Both the position numbers and the translations under genes were made by a program. Below the pieces are notes generated by a model that was not told the DNA's origin, ran no database searches, and was given only the letters and a program-made list of their open reading frames with translations. A stretch of 64,000 bases of DNA from Asterias rubens. Lineage: Eukaryota. The stretch is from NCBI RefSeq assembly GCF_902459465.1, contig NC_047074.1, positions 1,426,001 through 1,490,000 on the forward strand, read 5' to 3'. Positions 1 through 11,739 of this stretch are shown here, in pieces; position 1 is the first letter of the stretch; every line of letters starts with the position of its first letter.

Positions 1-1081
1 ATCATCGTTATACTGTGCAAGTTTTATGTAACTTTGTGATATTGAACCATTTTTATCTTACCCTGTCCGTTATGTTCCTTTAATCTTAGAGGGTATTGCC
101 TCGTCTAACAGTTTGGGGGTTAAAGTTCACAGAGTCTAGCTTTCATTGAAATAAGCTGCAAATGGTGGTGGGGGAATAGCCACTTGCAATAAATAAAGAG
201 GTGTTCATTTTTTTTTTTTTTTTTAGTAGCGGAGTTATTACTCCAAGACGTTTAATATCGGTATTACATGAGAGAGGTGTGTGCAGTGTAACAGTGCCAT
301 CACTGACTTTCGACCCACCTATAGCTGAAGACAAATCCGACTAAGTCTAGACAATGTTCTGGGTAGGATTTTGGAGGATTTGGTATGCGTGTTACGGCAA
401 ACCTGTTGAGGGAATTTGAGGCCATACCAAGATTGGCAGCTGCGGCCAAGACTGTTGCGTACCAGTTTGTACCTTATGCATTGACACCATCCAGCCATCT
501 TAGAGCTAATCTGATGATGAAAACAATCAAAAAGCACATTATTATTTGTATGCATGGCGCACATGATTTGCCAATGAACAGCCTCCTTTTGACGAGGGCG
601 CCCTACTCAATGACAACATGTGCGTAAGTTCTATTGAGAGAGTTGCGACATTTGTGCTCTATTTGGACCGAAATGGTGTCCAGCAACCAATTGTCCGAAG
701 ATTTCACCAAACTCATCCTAACCTAGTAAGACGAGTTAAGTTCCCTATCTGAAGACGTAGGACGCATTGAACCCATCCTAGGTTAGGACGAGTTATTCGA
801 GATGGGATTTAATCCTAGGGTTTCGTGAAATCGCCCGCTGGTAGCTCAGGAAGAAGTTGTTGTTATTAACATTCTGAAGTAATAGTTGGTTTGAGGGATT
901 TTATAATTAAATGGAACAGTGCGAGACTGTGGTTTGTGATAGTCAGGCCTATTTTTCTTAATTATATATAAACATATTTTTTCATTTCTTTTTGTGTTGG
1001 TTGTAAAATGTTTATGTATTTTAATGTAACTTTCTTTCTGTGTGTAGAGAGCCAAAATGGTCATTTGAACTTCATTGTTAA

Positions 1082-1454
1082 AGGCACTGGACACATTTGG
1101 TAATAATATTGTGAAAGACCAGCCTTCTCACTAGGTGTATCCCAATATATGCAGAAAATAACGAACCTGTGAAAATTTGGGGCTCAATTAGTCATCTTAG
1201 TTGCAAGAAATTAGTTTAGAAATGCCCTTATTGCACAATTGTGTGTGCTTTCAGATGCCTGAAAAATGCTTCAAGCCTGAAGTCTTATGTCAGATTCAAA
1301 TATTTGAGTGAGAAATTACCTCTAACTACGCTACTTCAGAGGGAGCTGTTTCTTGCAATGTTTTATTCTACCGACAGCTCTCGGTTGCTTGTTGCCAAGT
1401 AAGTTCTTATGCTAATAAATATTTTGAGTAAATACACATCAGTGTCCAGTGCCT
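1082..1454. mobile_element. Non-autonomous TTAA-TSD DNA transposon (Kolobok-like MITE, family A)
   Basis: TIRs AGGCACTGGACAC/GTGTCCAGTGCCT flanked by TTAA at 1078-1081 and 1455-1458. The same internal sequence recurs many times in the window. TTAA TSD with purine-purine 5' termini fits Kolobok rather than piggyBac. Confidence 0.8.
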
Positions 1455-2092
1455 TTAAATGCCAAAAACTGTGATAAAACTATGACATAATGTGCAAAAG
1501 TCTGCGACAAAAGGAATATAGTATTGGTCCCACTGCATTTATATTTCCATATTGTATAAACACTTAGCATGTTTGTTTTTTCACACAAAAAAAGGATTTG
1601 TGTGTTAATGTCTTTGAGACAAAGTTACTTTGTAGATTTGTAAACATTGGCACAGTTTCGCTTTGAGTGTTAAAGCACATGTACATATGACATGTTTGGA
1701 TGAATTTTAAATATGTTTTTCCTTTTGGAATATTTCATAGTTGTTAAAGTCTTTTGAGGTATTAGGATTGGGGTTGTAGCGAGGGGGTGTCTAGCTTTTG
1801 GGACGCAGAAGTTTTTTATGTTCAATTTCAAACTCTGGATGCCTGTTGGTTCATTCCTACAGAATAAATGACAAATATTTTGTGCCGCTGTCAAGATCGG
1901 CTGTGTGCACAGCAATAAACTTGGCCTTGTCCGAGGGCTCTTTACTGCAGGCGGTACTTGATGTACCGTTTACCGTGGGGCTGAAGCATGGTTTTTTAAC
2001 CTCGTACAATGAAGAAGCAAAAACCATTCTTTGACCCCGCGGTGTATCAAGTACTGCAGTATCCTGTCCAGTACTGTGATTCATGCTACCTG

Positions 2093-2337
2093 GGCCCAAT
2101 TTCATTGCTCTGCTTACCGCCGAGTTTTGCAATTACGATCACGATTTCCCGCTTACGTGTAAGCGCCGAATTTCTGCGCTAGCCTTGTAAGCGTAGAATG
2201 CCTAGTAACGTTGAGTACGCACGCGCAGAAGCCAAAATCACCTAACCCAAGAAATACGCTTGCCGTAAGCACCGAATGCCCTGCTTCCGTAAGCGCCGAT
2301 TCTGTGTTTACGGTAAGCAGAGCCATGAAATTGGGCC
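2093..2337. mobile_element. PIF/Harbinger-like MITE with CWG TSD
   Basis: TIR GGCCCAATTTCAT/ATGAAATTGGGCC with 3-bp TSD CTG at 2090-2092 and 2338-2340. Related copies lie at 23837-24021 and 55274-55437. Confidence 0.75.
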
Positions 2338-2738
2338 CTGGTGACATTGAAAGCGGGTGCTTGTGTTAAGAACCTTTGGGACAAGACTACAACAGACTTG
2401 GCTAGCCTTACTGAGATTGCCTCTGTGACAGTAACCTGTTAGTCCAAAACTGTTGTAACATGCTTGAGTCGTCAGGGCACCAGTTTCATAAGCCTGTAAG
2501 CACATTAATGTCTTGCTTAGCAGTTAACCTGCCAGTATTACACTTATTGTGCATTAGGTGACTGGTGCCCCACCCAATATTTTGCTTAGCAAAGAAAGTT
2601 GTCAAGCAGTATATTTTGCCTAACAGCTTTATGAAATTGGGCCGAGAGTGCATGAATTGGAACAATGTAAATGGTTAACGGCATACAGCACTTAACGGAT
2701 TTGTGTATAGACCATCATTAAGTAACATAAGATCTTAA

Positions 2739-3059
2739 AGGCACCGGACACAATTGGTCATGTGAATGTGTGAAAATTTTTACTCGATTGGTCATCAAAG
2801 TTGCATGAGAATATTAATGCAAGAAAAGAGACTCTTGTAGCACAAAATGTGTGTGGTTTCAGATGCCTAAAAGGGGCTTATGGCTTGAAGTCTTAATATT
2901 TGAGTAAAAAAATATCTCTTTCTCAAAGACAATGTTACCTCAGAGGGAGCCGTTTCTCACAATGTTTTATACTATCAACAGCTTTCCATTGCTCGTTACC
3001 AAGTGTATGTTTTTATGCTAACGGTTATTTTGAGTAATTACCAATAGTGTCCAGTGCCT
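2739..3059. mobile_element. Kolobok-like MITE family A copy
   Basis: TTAA-AGGCACCGGACAC ... GTGTCCAGTGCCT-TTAT; same body as 1082-1454. Confidence 0.75.
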
Positions 3060-3642
3060 TTATTTATCAAGTCTGATCTGTGTATTTATTAACATTTGAA
3101 AATAAAGAGCTAAATAAATACAATCTGCAGTTTTTGGCTTTCATTATTTGGTCTTTGAGGCAGTTATATTCCCTACCGAACCCCTGGACTTGCTGTCTAT
3201 AAACAACAGTAATTATTAAAATGACACTTCTGTATCTTTTAAATTAGTCATTACATGTACACTAAATACTAAGCTTTTCATTTTGGCCAAAATGAGAAAC
3301 ACTATCGATCATTTTCTGCGATTAAAACTGATTAAAAGTTTAAGGAACGCCTTGCATTTTTATCAAGTTCTCCTTGAAATAGAAAGGATAACACTAAGAA
3401 GCTTTGGTTTGGTTTTTACCGAAGTTTGTAAAGAAAAGCTCTTTATACGATATTTTTAAGACGAAGTGAAGAGGCTATGCATGACGTCACCACCATCTAA
3501 GACCTTTTGGGATCACACACAAAAAACTTTTATAATCTTGAATAAATAAAAAATGATTTGAAATTATTCCAACTATAGGCCTAGTTCCGGGAAAAATTTG
3601 GGTTAAATAATAAATTAATTATGTGAATTGTAACTATCAGAT

Positions 3643-3720
3643 GGCGCCTTAGCTGTGCGACGTAGGCGTTGGATTGGGAGCCACGAGACCCCGGTTCAAC
3701 TCCCGACGTGTTCTGTTTTT
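3643..3720 (+). ncRNA. tRNA-derived Pol III-type module 1 (left arm), not a canonical tRNA
   Basis: GGCGCCT-TAGCT A-box start, B-box GGTTCAACTCC at 3693-3703, T5 run at 3716-3720. The mirror copy 7881-7957(-) begins GCCCGGTTAGCT, resembling tRNA-Lys 5' ends. The cloverleaf is incomplete. Confidence 0.45.
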
Positions 3721-4281
3721 CTTTTTCTTTTGACGCCGCTGTGGATTATTTAAGTAGTATTAAAATCATCTCCAAACACCAGCGGGCACTGTGGCGACAC
3801 GGTGTACTGGATAGTTCCATTGTGCGTGCAATCCAGAGCTGGGACACCGGTTCGAATCCTACCCGTACCAAGAGGGACATGACTTTTACTGTTAGCACCA
3901 GTAATGGATTGGGGTCCGTCATGTCTATCCCCAAATTAGGTGTGGATGATTTACCGTGTGGGAGAGTAAAGGAGGGACCGGGACTGCCAGTCCCTGAAGG
4001 GTTCTAATGGGTGATCACCACGCTGGTTTCGACCAGACTTTGAGTCCCCTGAAAGCCTGGTCGACACTCTGACTAACTCTTTGCACAAATTTGCTTTAAT
4101 TTAAATTAATTTAAACAATTTATTAAATCTTAATGTAGGTACCTCGACAGCTTTTGTTAACAATCAGCTTAGTCCATTTTGGATAAAGTCACAAGGATAA
4201 GCCCTGCAACTTATCCATTTATTATTATTATTTTTTATTAAGTCAAAAGGAGTAAACGTTGCAATTTGGTAAATTTTTGAC
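3678..4281 (+). repeat. Left arm of long inverted repeat
   Basis: Reverse complement of 7320-7923 (coordinates sum to 11601, no indels seen). Only two mismatches noticed (3689, 4238). The ORF track shows mirror-image ORFs 3746..3934(-)/7667..7855(+). Confidence 0.97.
3793..3887 (+). ncRNA. tRNA-derived Pol III-type module 2 (left arm), not a canonical tRNA
   Basis: A-box-like GGTGTACTGG at 3801-3810, perfect B-box GGTTCGAATCC at 3849-3859, CCA at 3868-3870, T4 at 3884-3887. Identical mirror copy at 7714-7808(-). Confidence 0.45.
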
Positions 4282-7200
4282 CTATATAGCCTTTTGATTT
4301 TTTTTAAAGTTCACAAGGCATAATGATTTTTTCGAAAAGTTCACAAGGCTATATAGCCTAATGACTTTGTTGAAAAGTTCACAAGGCTATAGCCTTATGA
4401 TTTTTCGAAAAGTTCTTAAGGCTATATAGCCTTATGATTTTTTGGAAAAGTTCACAAGGCTATATAGCCTAATGATTTTGTTGAAAAGTTCACAAGGCTA
4501 TATAGCCTTATGATTTTTTCGAAAAGTTCACAAGGCTATAGCCTTATAATTTTTTCGAAAAGTTCACAAGGCTATAGCCTTATGATTTTTTCGAAAAGTT
4601 CACAAGGCTTTTTTTTCGAAAACATCACAAGGCTATATAGCCTTGTGAACTTTTCGAAAAATCATAAGGCTATAGCCTTGTGAACTTTTCAAAAAAATCA
4701 TAAGGCTTGTGAACTTTCCCAAAAAATCATGAGGCTATAGCCTTAAGAACTTTTCGAAAAATCATAAGGCTTTTCCTTGTGAACTTTTCGAAAAAATCAT
4801 AAGGCTATAGCCTTGTAAACTTTTCCAAAAAATCATAAGGCTATAGCCTTGTGAACTTTTCAAAAAAATCATAAGGCTTTTCCTTGTGAACTTTTCCAAA
4901 AAATCATAAGGCTATAGCCTTGTGAACTTTTCGAAAAAATCATAAGGCTATAGCCTTGTGAACTTTTCAAAAAAATCATAAGGCTATATATAGCCTTGTG
5001 AACTTTTCCAAAAAATCATAAGGCTATAGCCTTGTGAACTTTTCGAAAAATCATAAGGCTATAGCGAACTTGTGAACTTTTCGAAAAATTATAAGGCTAC
5101 AGCCTTGTGAACTTTTCAACAAAATCATTAGGCTATATAGCCTTGTGAACTTTTCCAAAAAATCATAAGGCTATAGCCTTAAGAACTTTTCGAAAAATCA
5201 TAAGGCTATAGCCTTGTGAACTTTTCAACAAAATCATAAGGCTTGTGAACTTTTCCAAAAAATCATGAGGCTATATAGCCTTGTGAACTTTTCGAAAAAT
5301 TATAAGGCTATAGCCTTGTGAACTTTTCAACAAAATCATTAGGCTATATAGCCTTGTGAACTTTTCCAAAAAATCATAAGGCCTTGTGAAGTTTTCGAAA
5401 AATCATAAGGCCTTGTGAACTTTTCCAAAAAATCATAAGGGTATAGCCTTGTGAACTTTTCCAAAAAATCATAAGGCTATATAGCCTTGTGAACTTTTCG
5501 AAAAATCATAAGGCCTTGTGAACTTTTCCAAAAAATCATAAGGCTATAGCCTTGTGAACTTTTCGAAAAAATCATTAGGCTATATAGCCTTGTGAACTTT
5601 TCGAAAAATCATAAGGCTATAGCCTTGTGAACTTTTCAAAAAAATCATAAGGCTTGTGAACTTTTCCAAAAAATCATAAGGCTATAGCCTTAAGAACTTT
5701 TAAAAAAAATCATAAGGCTTTTCCTTGTGAACTTTTCCAAAAAATCATAAGGCTATAGCCTTGTGAACTTTTCGAAAAAATCATAAGGCTATAGCCTTGT
5801 GAACTTTTCGAAAAATCATAAGGCTATAGCGAACTTGTGAACTTTTCGAAAAATTATAAGGCTACAGCCTTGTGAACTTTTCAACAAAATCATTAGGCTA
5901 TATAGCCTTGTGAACTTTTCCAAAAAATCATAAGGCTATAGCCTTAAGAACTTTTCGAAAAATCATAAGGCTATAGCCTTGTGAACTTTTCAACAAAATC
6001 ATTAGGCTATATAGCCTTGTGAACTTTTCCAAAAAATCATAAGGCTTGTGAACTTTTCCAAAAAATCATGAGGCTATATAGCCTTGTGAACTTTTCGAAA
6101 AATTATAAGGCTATAGCCTTGTGAACTTTTCAACAAAATCATTAGGCTATATAGCCTTGTGAACTTTTCCAAAAAATCATAAGGCCTTGTGAACTTTTCC
6201 AAAAAATCATAAGGCTATATAGCCTTGTGAACTTTTCCAAAAAATCATAAGGCTATAGCCTTGTGAACTTTTCGAAAAATCATAAGGCTATAGCCTTGTG
6301 AACTTTTCCAAAAAATCATAAGGCTTTTCCTTGTGAACTTTTCCAAAAAATCATAAGGCTATAGCCTTGTGAACTTTTCGAAAAAATCATAAGGCTATAG
6401 CCTTGTGAACTTTTCCAAAAAATCATAAGGCTATAGCCTTGTGAACTTTTCGAAAAATCATAAGGCTATAGCGAACTTGTGAACTTTTCGAAAAATTATA
6501 AGGCTACAGCCTTGTGAACTTTTCAACAAAATCATTAGGCTATATAGCCTTGTGAACTTTTCCAAAAAATCATAAGGCTATAGCCTTAAGAACTTTTCGA
6601 AAAATCATAAGGCTATAGCCTTGTGAACTTTTCAACAAAATCATTAGGCTATATAGCCTTGTGAACTTTTCCAAAAAATCATAAGGCTTGAGAACTTTTC
6701 CAAAAAATCATGAGGCTATATAGCCTTGTGAACTTTTCGAAAAATTATAAGGCTATAGCCTTGTGAACTTTTCAACAAAATCATTAGGCTATATAGCCTT
6801 GTGAACTTTTCCAAAAAAACATAAGGCCTTGTGAACTTTTCGAAAAATCATAAGGCTATAGCCTTGTGAACTTTTCGAAAAATCATAAGGCTATATATAG
6901 CCTTGTGAACTTTTCAAAAAAATCATAAGGCTTGTGAACTTTTCCAAAAAATCATAAGGCTATAGCCTTGTGAACTTTTCGAAAAATCATAAGGCTATAG
7001 CCTTGTGAACTTTTCCAAAAAATCATAAGGCTATAGCCTTGTGAACTTTTCGAAAAAATCATAAGGCCTTGTGAACTTTGCAAAAAAATCATAAGGCTAT
7101 AGCCTCGTGAACTTTTCGAAAAAATCATTAGGCTATATAGCCTTGTGAACTTTTTTCCAAAAAATCATAAGGCTGTAGCCTTAAGAACTTTTCGAAAAAA

Positions 7201-7319
7201 TCATAAGGCTATAGCCTTGTGAACTTTTCAACAAAGTCATTAGGCTATATAGCCTTGTGAACTTTTCCAAAAAATCATAAGGCCTTGTGAACTTTAAAAA
7301 AAATCAAAAGGCTATATGC
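4282..7319. repeat. Minisatellite of ~28-38 bp quasi-palindromic units (about 85-90 copies) with internal polarity switch
   Basis: Typical unit GCCTTGTGAACTTTTCGAAAAAATCATAAGGCTATA (36 bp). Orientation flips near 4630. A variant marker GCGAACTTGTG recurs at 5064, 5829 and 6471. Confidence 0.97.
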
Positions 7320-7923
7320 GTCAAAAATTTACCAAATTGCAACGTTTACTCCTTTTGACTTAGTAAAAAATAATAATAATAAATGGATAAGTTGCAGGGC
7401 TTATCCTTGTGACTTTATCCAAAATGGACTAAGCTGATTGTTAACAAAAGCTGTCGAGGTACCTACATTAAGATTTAATAAATTGTTTAAATTAATTTAA
7501 ATTAAAGCAAATTTGTGCAAAGAGTTAGTCAGAGTGTCGACCAGGCTTTCAGGGGACTCAAAGTCTGGTCGAAACCAGCGTGGTGATCACCCATTAGAAC
7601 CCTTCAGGGACTGGCAGTCCCGGTCCCTCCTTTACTCTCCCACACGGTAAATCATCCACACCTAATTTGGGGATAGACATGACGGACCCCAATCCATTAC
7701 TGGTGCTAACAGTAAAAGTCATGTCCCTCTTGGTACGGGTAGGATTCGAACCGGTGTCCCAGCTCTGGATTGCACGCACAATGGAACTATCCAGTACACC
7801 GTGTCGCCACAGTGCCCGCTGGTGTTTGGAGATGATTTTAATACTACTTAAATAATCCACAGCGGCGTCAAAAGAAAAAGAAAAACAGAACACGTCGGGA
7901 GTTGAACCGGGATCTCGTGGCTC
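7320..7923 (-). repeat. Right arm of long inverted repeat
   Basis: Reverse complement of 3678-4281. Confidence 0.97.
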
Positions 7924-8701
7924 TCAGTCAACGTCCACGTCTTTTAGCTAACCGGGCATGTAATACAAGTTGACGCATAATTAAAGAAAAATACAATTTT
8001 GTTGTAACCAAACCAACTATATCCCGCAACTATAGGCCTATAGTTGGAATTCTTTTAAATAACGGAGTATTATAATATAGTTGGAGTTAATACCAATCGT
8101 TTATGGTGTGATTCCAAAACCATCCGATGGTGACGTTGTGCATCACTTCGTCACTTGTCTTCACTTTTATTTTAATGAACTCTATCATGGAGTCTGTAGT
8201 TAAACTCTTAAAATATTCTTTATTAACTTGTTTGACTTAAGTCTCTAAATTAGTTATTCAATAATTTATCACTTTCAACTGTTTTCTGATAACTTTCTGA
8301 ATGGATACAAAGGGACTCAAAACTCCTGAATTCAAAACAAAATCAGTGATTTTAGAGTTATTAATTTATGACTCGGAAAGGGTATAGTTTCTCATTCGTC
8401 TGCTGATTGGAATGTAGTTCAAAACTTTAAATATTCAACTTTTGAGCTGAAACAACTCAACATTAATGACACAGAAAACAAAATTTATTTTTACTCAAAA
8501 TTTATTATTCTAGTAATGATATAAGTAATTATACAGTCAAATATATATTATTTAATATTTATTTTAATGAGATGTAAAACTGAAGAAAAAAACAATTGCA
8601 AAGAAATTTGTGTTAAAAGGTACATTTATATACATTTTGAAAATAACTCTTAAATTTAATAGCAATACAAACTTATGGTTAGAGGCCTACAGCTGCTTTC
8701 A

Positions 8702-8848
8702 ATAGGAGACTTTACAACACTAGGTGGCAGCAGACATACCGGGTAAATTTCCATTGTTTACGTAGTTCTGAACATGCGCATAATTCTGAGAACAATGGAT
8801 TCACCCGGTAAGTCTGCTGCCCTCCATCGTCCCAGAAAGTCTCCCATA
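8702..8848. mobile_element. Small MITE (ctaggtggcagcagac family)
   Basis: Imperfect TIRs ataggagacttt...ggcagcagac / gtctgctgcc...aaagtctcccata. Fragments also near 28560, 52680 and 54800-54890. Confidence 0.6.
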
Positions 8849-9384
8849 GCATTCGCTTTGAGGGAATGTCATGAATGTGGTTACATGTATGTACATGTAT
8901 GTGAACAATTATCAGTTGTTAGTGCCACCAAATTTGAATTTGAGAAGCATTACTGTCAGTAACGCTTCTCAGATTGTGTACTCTTCTCATTAAGAATTAT
9001 TCTTCCTTCGTCGACATAACCGCTGCGGATTTTCCTCGATAGTATCTAAATTTTGAATAATCATATTAAGGGATAAGCCTAGATTTTCCCCCACCAGTAT
9101 CAACCAGGCATGCAACTCGTACCTCACCAAAAAAGAGGAAATTACAAAATGTCAATGATTTTATTTAGTATTTTTCAATTTTGAATGAAAAAACTAAGAC
9201 TAAAAAGAGAGGAAATCAGCTTCCGAGGAAAAATTGCACGCCTGATCAACCAAAAGATGAACAAACCACAAGAGGTAGTTGCCTTGAATTGTTCAGATTT
9301 TGATAAAAGGCCACTGTCTCAAAAGAGGATAGCTTGAATATATCAACCACCGACCCCCTCCGAAACTGGCTAACAATTTCAGCT

Positions 9385-9480
9385 CAAGAATGCAATAGCC
9401 ACGACCAGTCAGACCAGGATTCGAACCCTGAGACCGATGGCTCAGTCAGTAAAGTTCGAGTCCTGAGCACCGCTCGGCCA
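9385..9480 (-). mobile_element. tRNA-derived SINE fragment
   Basis: On the minus strand, GGCCGAGCGG A-box and GGTTCGAATCC B-box without a full cloverleaf. Confidence 0.5.
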
Positions 9481-10434
9481 AAACAGTCCAGAAGCTTTGA
9501 AGTAAAACAATCAACATTTTGTGGCGCTCCGCGCCAATAGCACACATATCCCACACAAAATCATAACAATATCACAGCTTTCCAGTGCTCTCCACCAAGT
9601 AACACTTTATGGTCATTGATTTCCGTGAGTAATTACCAAAAGTACGTCCTGCCTAAGATAAGACATCCAATCACATACTAAATGATACTGTATGTTGTCA
9701 ATCCATATTCTCAAGAAGTGCCTAAATTTGGTGTTGGGAAATCAAATTTGTATAAATCAATTAATAACTTAATTTACGTACATACAATTTCAAAACTCCA
9801 TGAAAATTTCAATTAATCAATAAATCAGTCAATCAATCAATCAACCAATGAAATAAAGAAAGCACACTGTTAATTTAAGTCTGTATATATATTATATAAC
9901 GGTCAATCAAGTTCTCTTGTTCATACAAGTAGCTTGTTAAAATATTATCAACTACTATGGGGCCAATCAGAATAGTAAATAAATACAAATTTATGGTTTA
10001 TTTTTCCGAAGTTGTGGGTGGGTGGGTCAAAAGTAATAACTGAAAATCAAAATTTATTTCAAAAATACATACTTACAAATTAATCAAATGAAAAAGAAGA
10101 AAACAGAATACGTAGCTGGCCAAGCTAGCAGGATTGTCATCATTCCTGACTAAACTAAAAAGTTGTTTGTTTAAGCCAGGAAATTTAGGAAAAGCCGCCG
10201 AGAGCAACTGATTGTGGAGACCTTTGATCCAAAATATCTTGTTCAAATTTGGGGTGGTTGGGTGGGTCAAAATTGTTCAAAAGAAATATCTTAAATTTTG
10301 TTAACATTCACTTTTCTAAATATCCCCAAGAATGGGAGGCCTTCTTTAAAGAGTCACACATGTTTGCAGCAAAAACCTATAGGTTCAGTACAAGTAGAAA
10401 AACTTTATAATAAAAACTCTGTCCAAGCCCAAAC

Positions 10435-11739
10435 CTAAAACACTTGAATTACGACCCCAAGCTTAATTTTCCCGCTCTTCTTGTCCAGGAAAGCTTGGGA
10501 ATGGACCGTCGTTACGTTTGTCGTTAAACTCCAATGCACGTTAGCCGTTGGTCCATCGGGCTTATAGACAAGACCGCCTTTAGTTACCGCATTCATGAAA
10601 GCATCGCCTGCGTCAAAGGCTGTGATGGCTAGGCGAAAAGATTTCCCTATGTCGCCATTCGGGGCCTGAAGCTTATAGGTGACATTAGTCAGCGTGCCCT
10701 TTTCGCAAGTGATGTCGTTGAAGTTATTCTGCTGTAGAAGGAGCAGGTACCAAGGTGAACCACTCTTTGGCCGGTAACCCTGGGTCATAGCGTTAGCCAT
10801 TATCGTACTCGTTGGGTGGACGTAAATCACGTGACAATGCGGAGGCGCGAGGTAGAGTCTCGCCAAGAAACGCTCTGCAGAGAAGATCTCTGACATATTC
10901 CCCGAACTGGCCAAGGCGTGAAATTTATACCCTTCTAAGATGTAGTCCTTAAGTTGCTTCTCGTAGATCTGACCGAACTCTGACTTCTCGATGATGTGAA
11001 TCTGCTCCGAGGTCATCTGCGCGAAGCGCACCGTGGGAAGAAGCCGACGTAGATTGGTCGTCACCCCGCCCTTCTGCATGTCGTGGATCAACCATCTCTC
11101 CATAGCCTTAAAGAGCGAAAACTCATCATTGACAATAAGCTGCGGACTTTCCAAGAGCCGACACATCTGATCGACGGTCAAACCTAACCATGACTCATTC
11201 GTTAAAATCTTCGGTAGATTACTCGCGATGACCTCATAGCAGTGCATCACAAGTTGATCTAGAGAGTATGTTTCCGCAAACGAGAGCCAGTTGAGGGCGC
11301 CCTTCACATTCCCCTGACCAATCTGCTCAGTCATGTACTGCTCACACTGACACCGAAGCCTGTGTATATTATACTTGTCGGCGAGCGTGAAAATCGGCAT
11401 GATGGTTCGTGTGTCCACTGTCACCTCCCCGCAGTACAGATATCGTAGAAACTCCCCAAAGACTGCTACACACTCGGTGCTTTCCTCCAAGATGATTTCT
11501 TGCTGTTGGGAGTCGAGCCACTGCGATCCGGTCAGCATGGTCTGGAAAACATCGCTCGCTGACGCCAGAAAGAACTTGTGGCAGTTGAAGGTGGATCCGT
11601 CGACTCGGATGATGACGTCACTCAGTTCTGGATTGTTGTAGTGAGATGCTATCCCTGTGACAAACTCACTGACTGATCCTAGTTTGGTGGAAAAATTGGC
11701 CTCCATTTTGATGTTTTTTTCAGCAGTGGCAGCCATCAT
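10435..11739 (-). CDS. BTB/POZ-BACK domain protein (BTBD17-like CUL3 adaptor type), 434 aa, intronless CDS
   Basis: ORF has SDVIIRVDGSTFNCHKFFLASASDVF (BTB), FLRYLYCGEV, LADKYNI, and a BACK-like region with LLPTVRF. A splice acceptor (ttatttcag) ends at 11746, just upstream of the ATG. Confidence 0.9.
   Translation of the reverse strand: MMAATAEKNIKMEANFSTKLGSVSEFVTGIASHYNNPELSDVIIRVDGSTFNCHKFFLASASDVFQTMLTGSQWLDSQQQEIILEESTECVAVFGEFLRYLYCGEVTVDTRTIMPIFTLADKYNIHRLRCQCEQYMTEQIGQGNVKGALNWLSFAETYSLDQLVMHCYEVIASNLPKILTNESWLGLTVDQMCRLLESPQLIVNDEFSLFKAMERWLIHDMQKGGVTTNLRRLLPTVRFAQMTSEQIHIIEKSEFGQIYEKQLKDYILEGYKFHALASSGNMSEIFSAERFLARLYLAPPHCHVIYVHPTSTIMANAMTQGYRPKSGSPWYLLLLQQNNFNDITCEKGTLTNVTYKLQAPNGDIGKSFRLAITAFDAGDAFMNAVTKGGLVYKPDGPTANVHWSLTTNVTTVHSQAFLDKKSGKIKLGVVIQVF

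Noticed and set aside
227-2034. Candidate plus-strand exons after strong acceptors at 226/229 and about 1862 (GVITPRRLISV..., INDKYFVPLSR...)
   Set aside because: No recognisable homology and no consistent exon chain within the window.
3643-3887. Functional tRNA genes
   Set aside because: Acceptor, D and T stems do not pair as a cloverleaf; kept only as tRNA-derived modules.
3669-4007. 112-aa ORF and its mirror (7594-7893), plus the 62-aa pair, as protein-coding genes or a transposase
   Set aside because: Non-ATG starts, no recognisable motif, and overlap with Pol III-like modules; they exist twice only because of the palindrome.
4021-4075. Hammerhead ribozyme in the palindrome arm (13-bp stem followed by GAAAC on the opposite strand)
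   Set aside because: No CUGANGA-like core at the required position.
4282-7319. CRISPR array (36-bp palindromic repeats)
   Set aside because: No unique spacers, no cas genes, and a eukaryotic intron-rich context.
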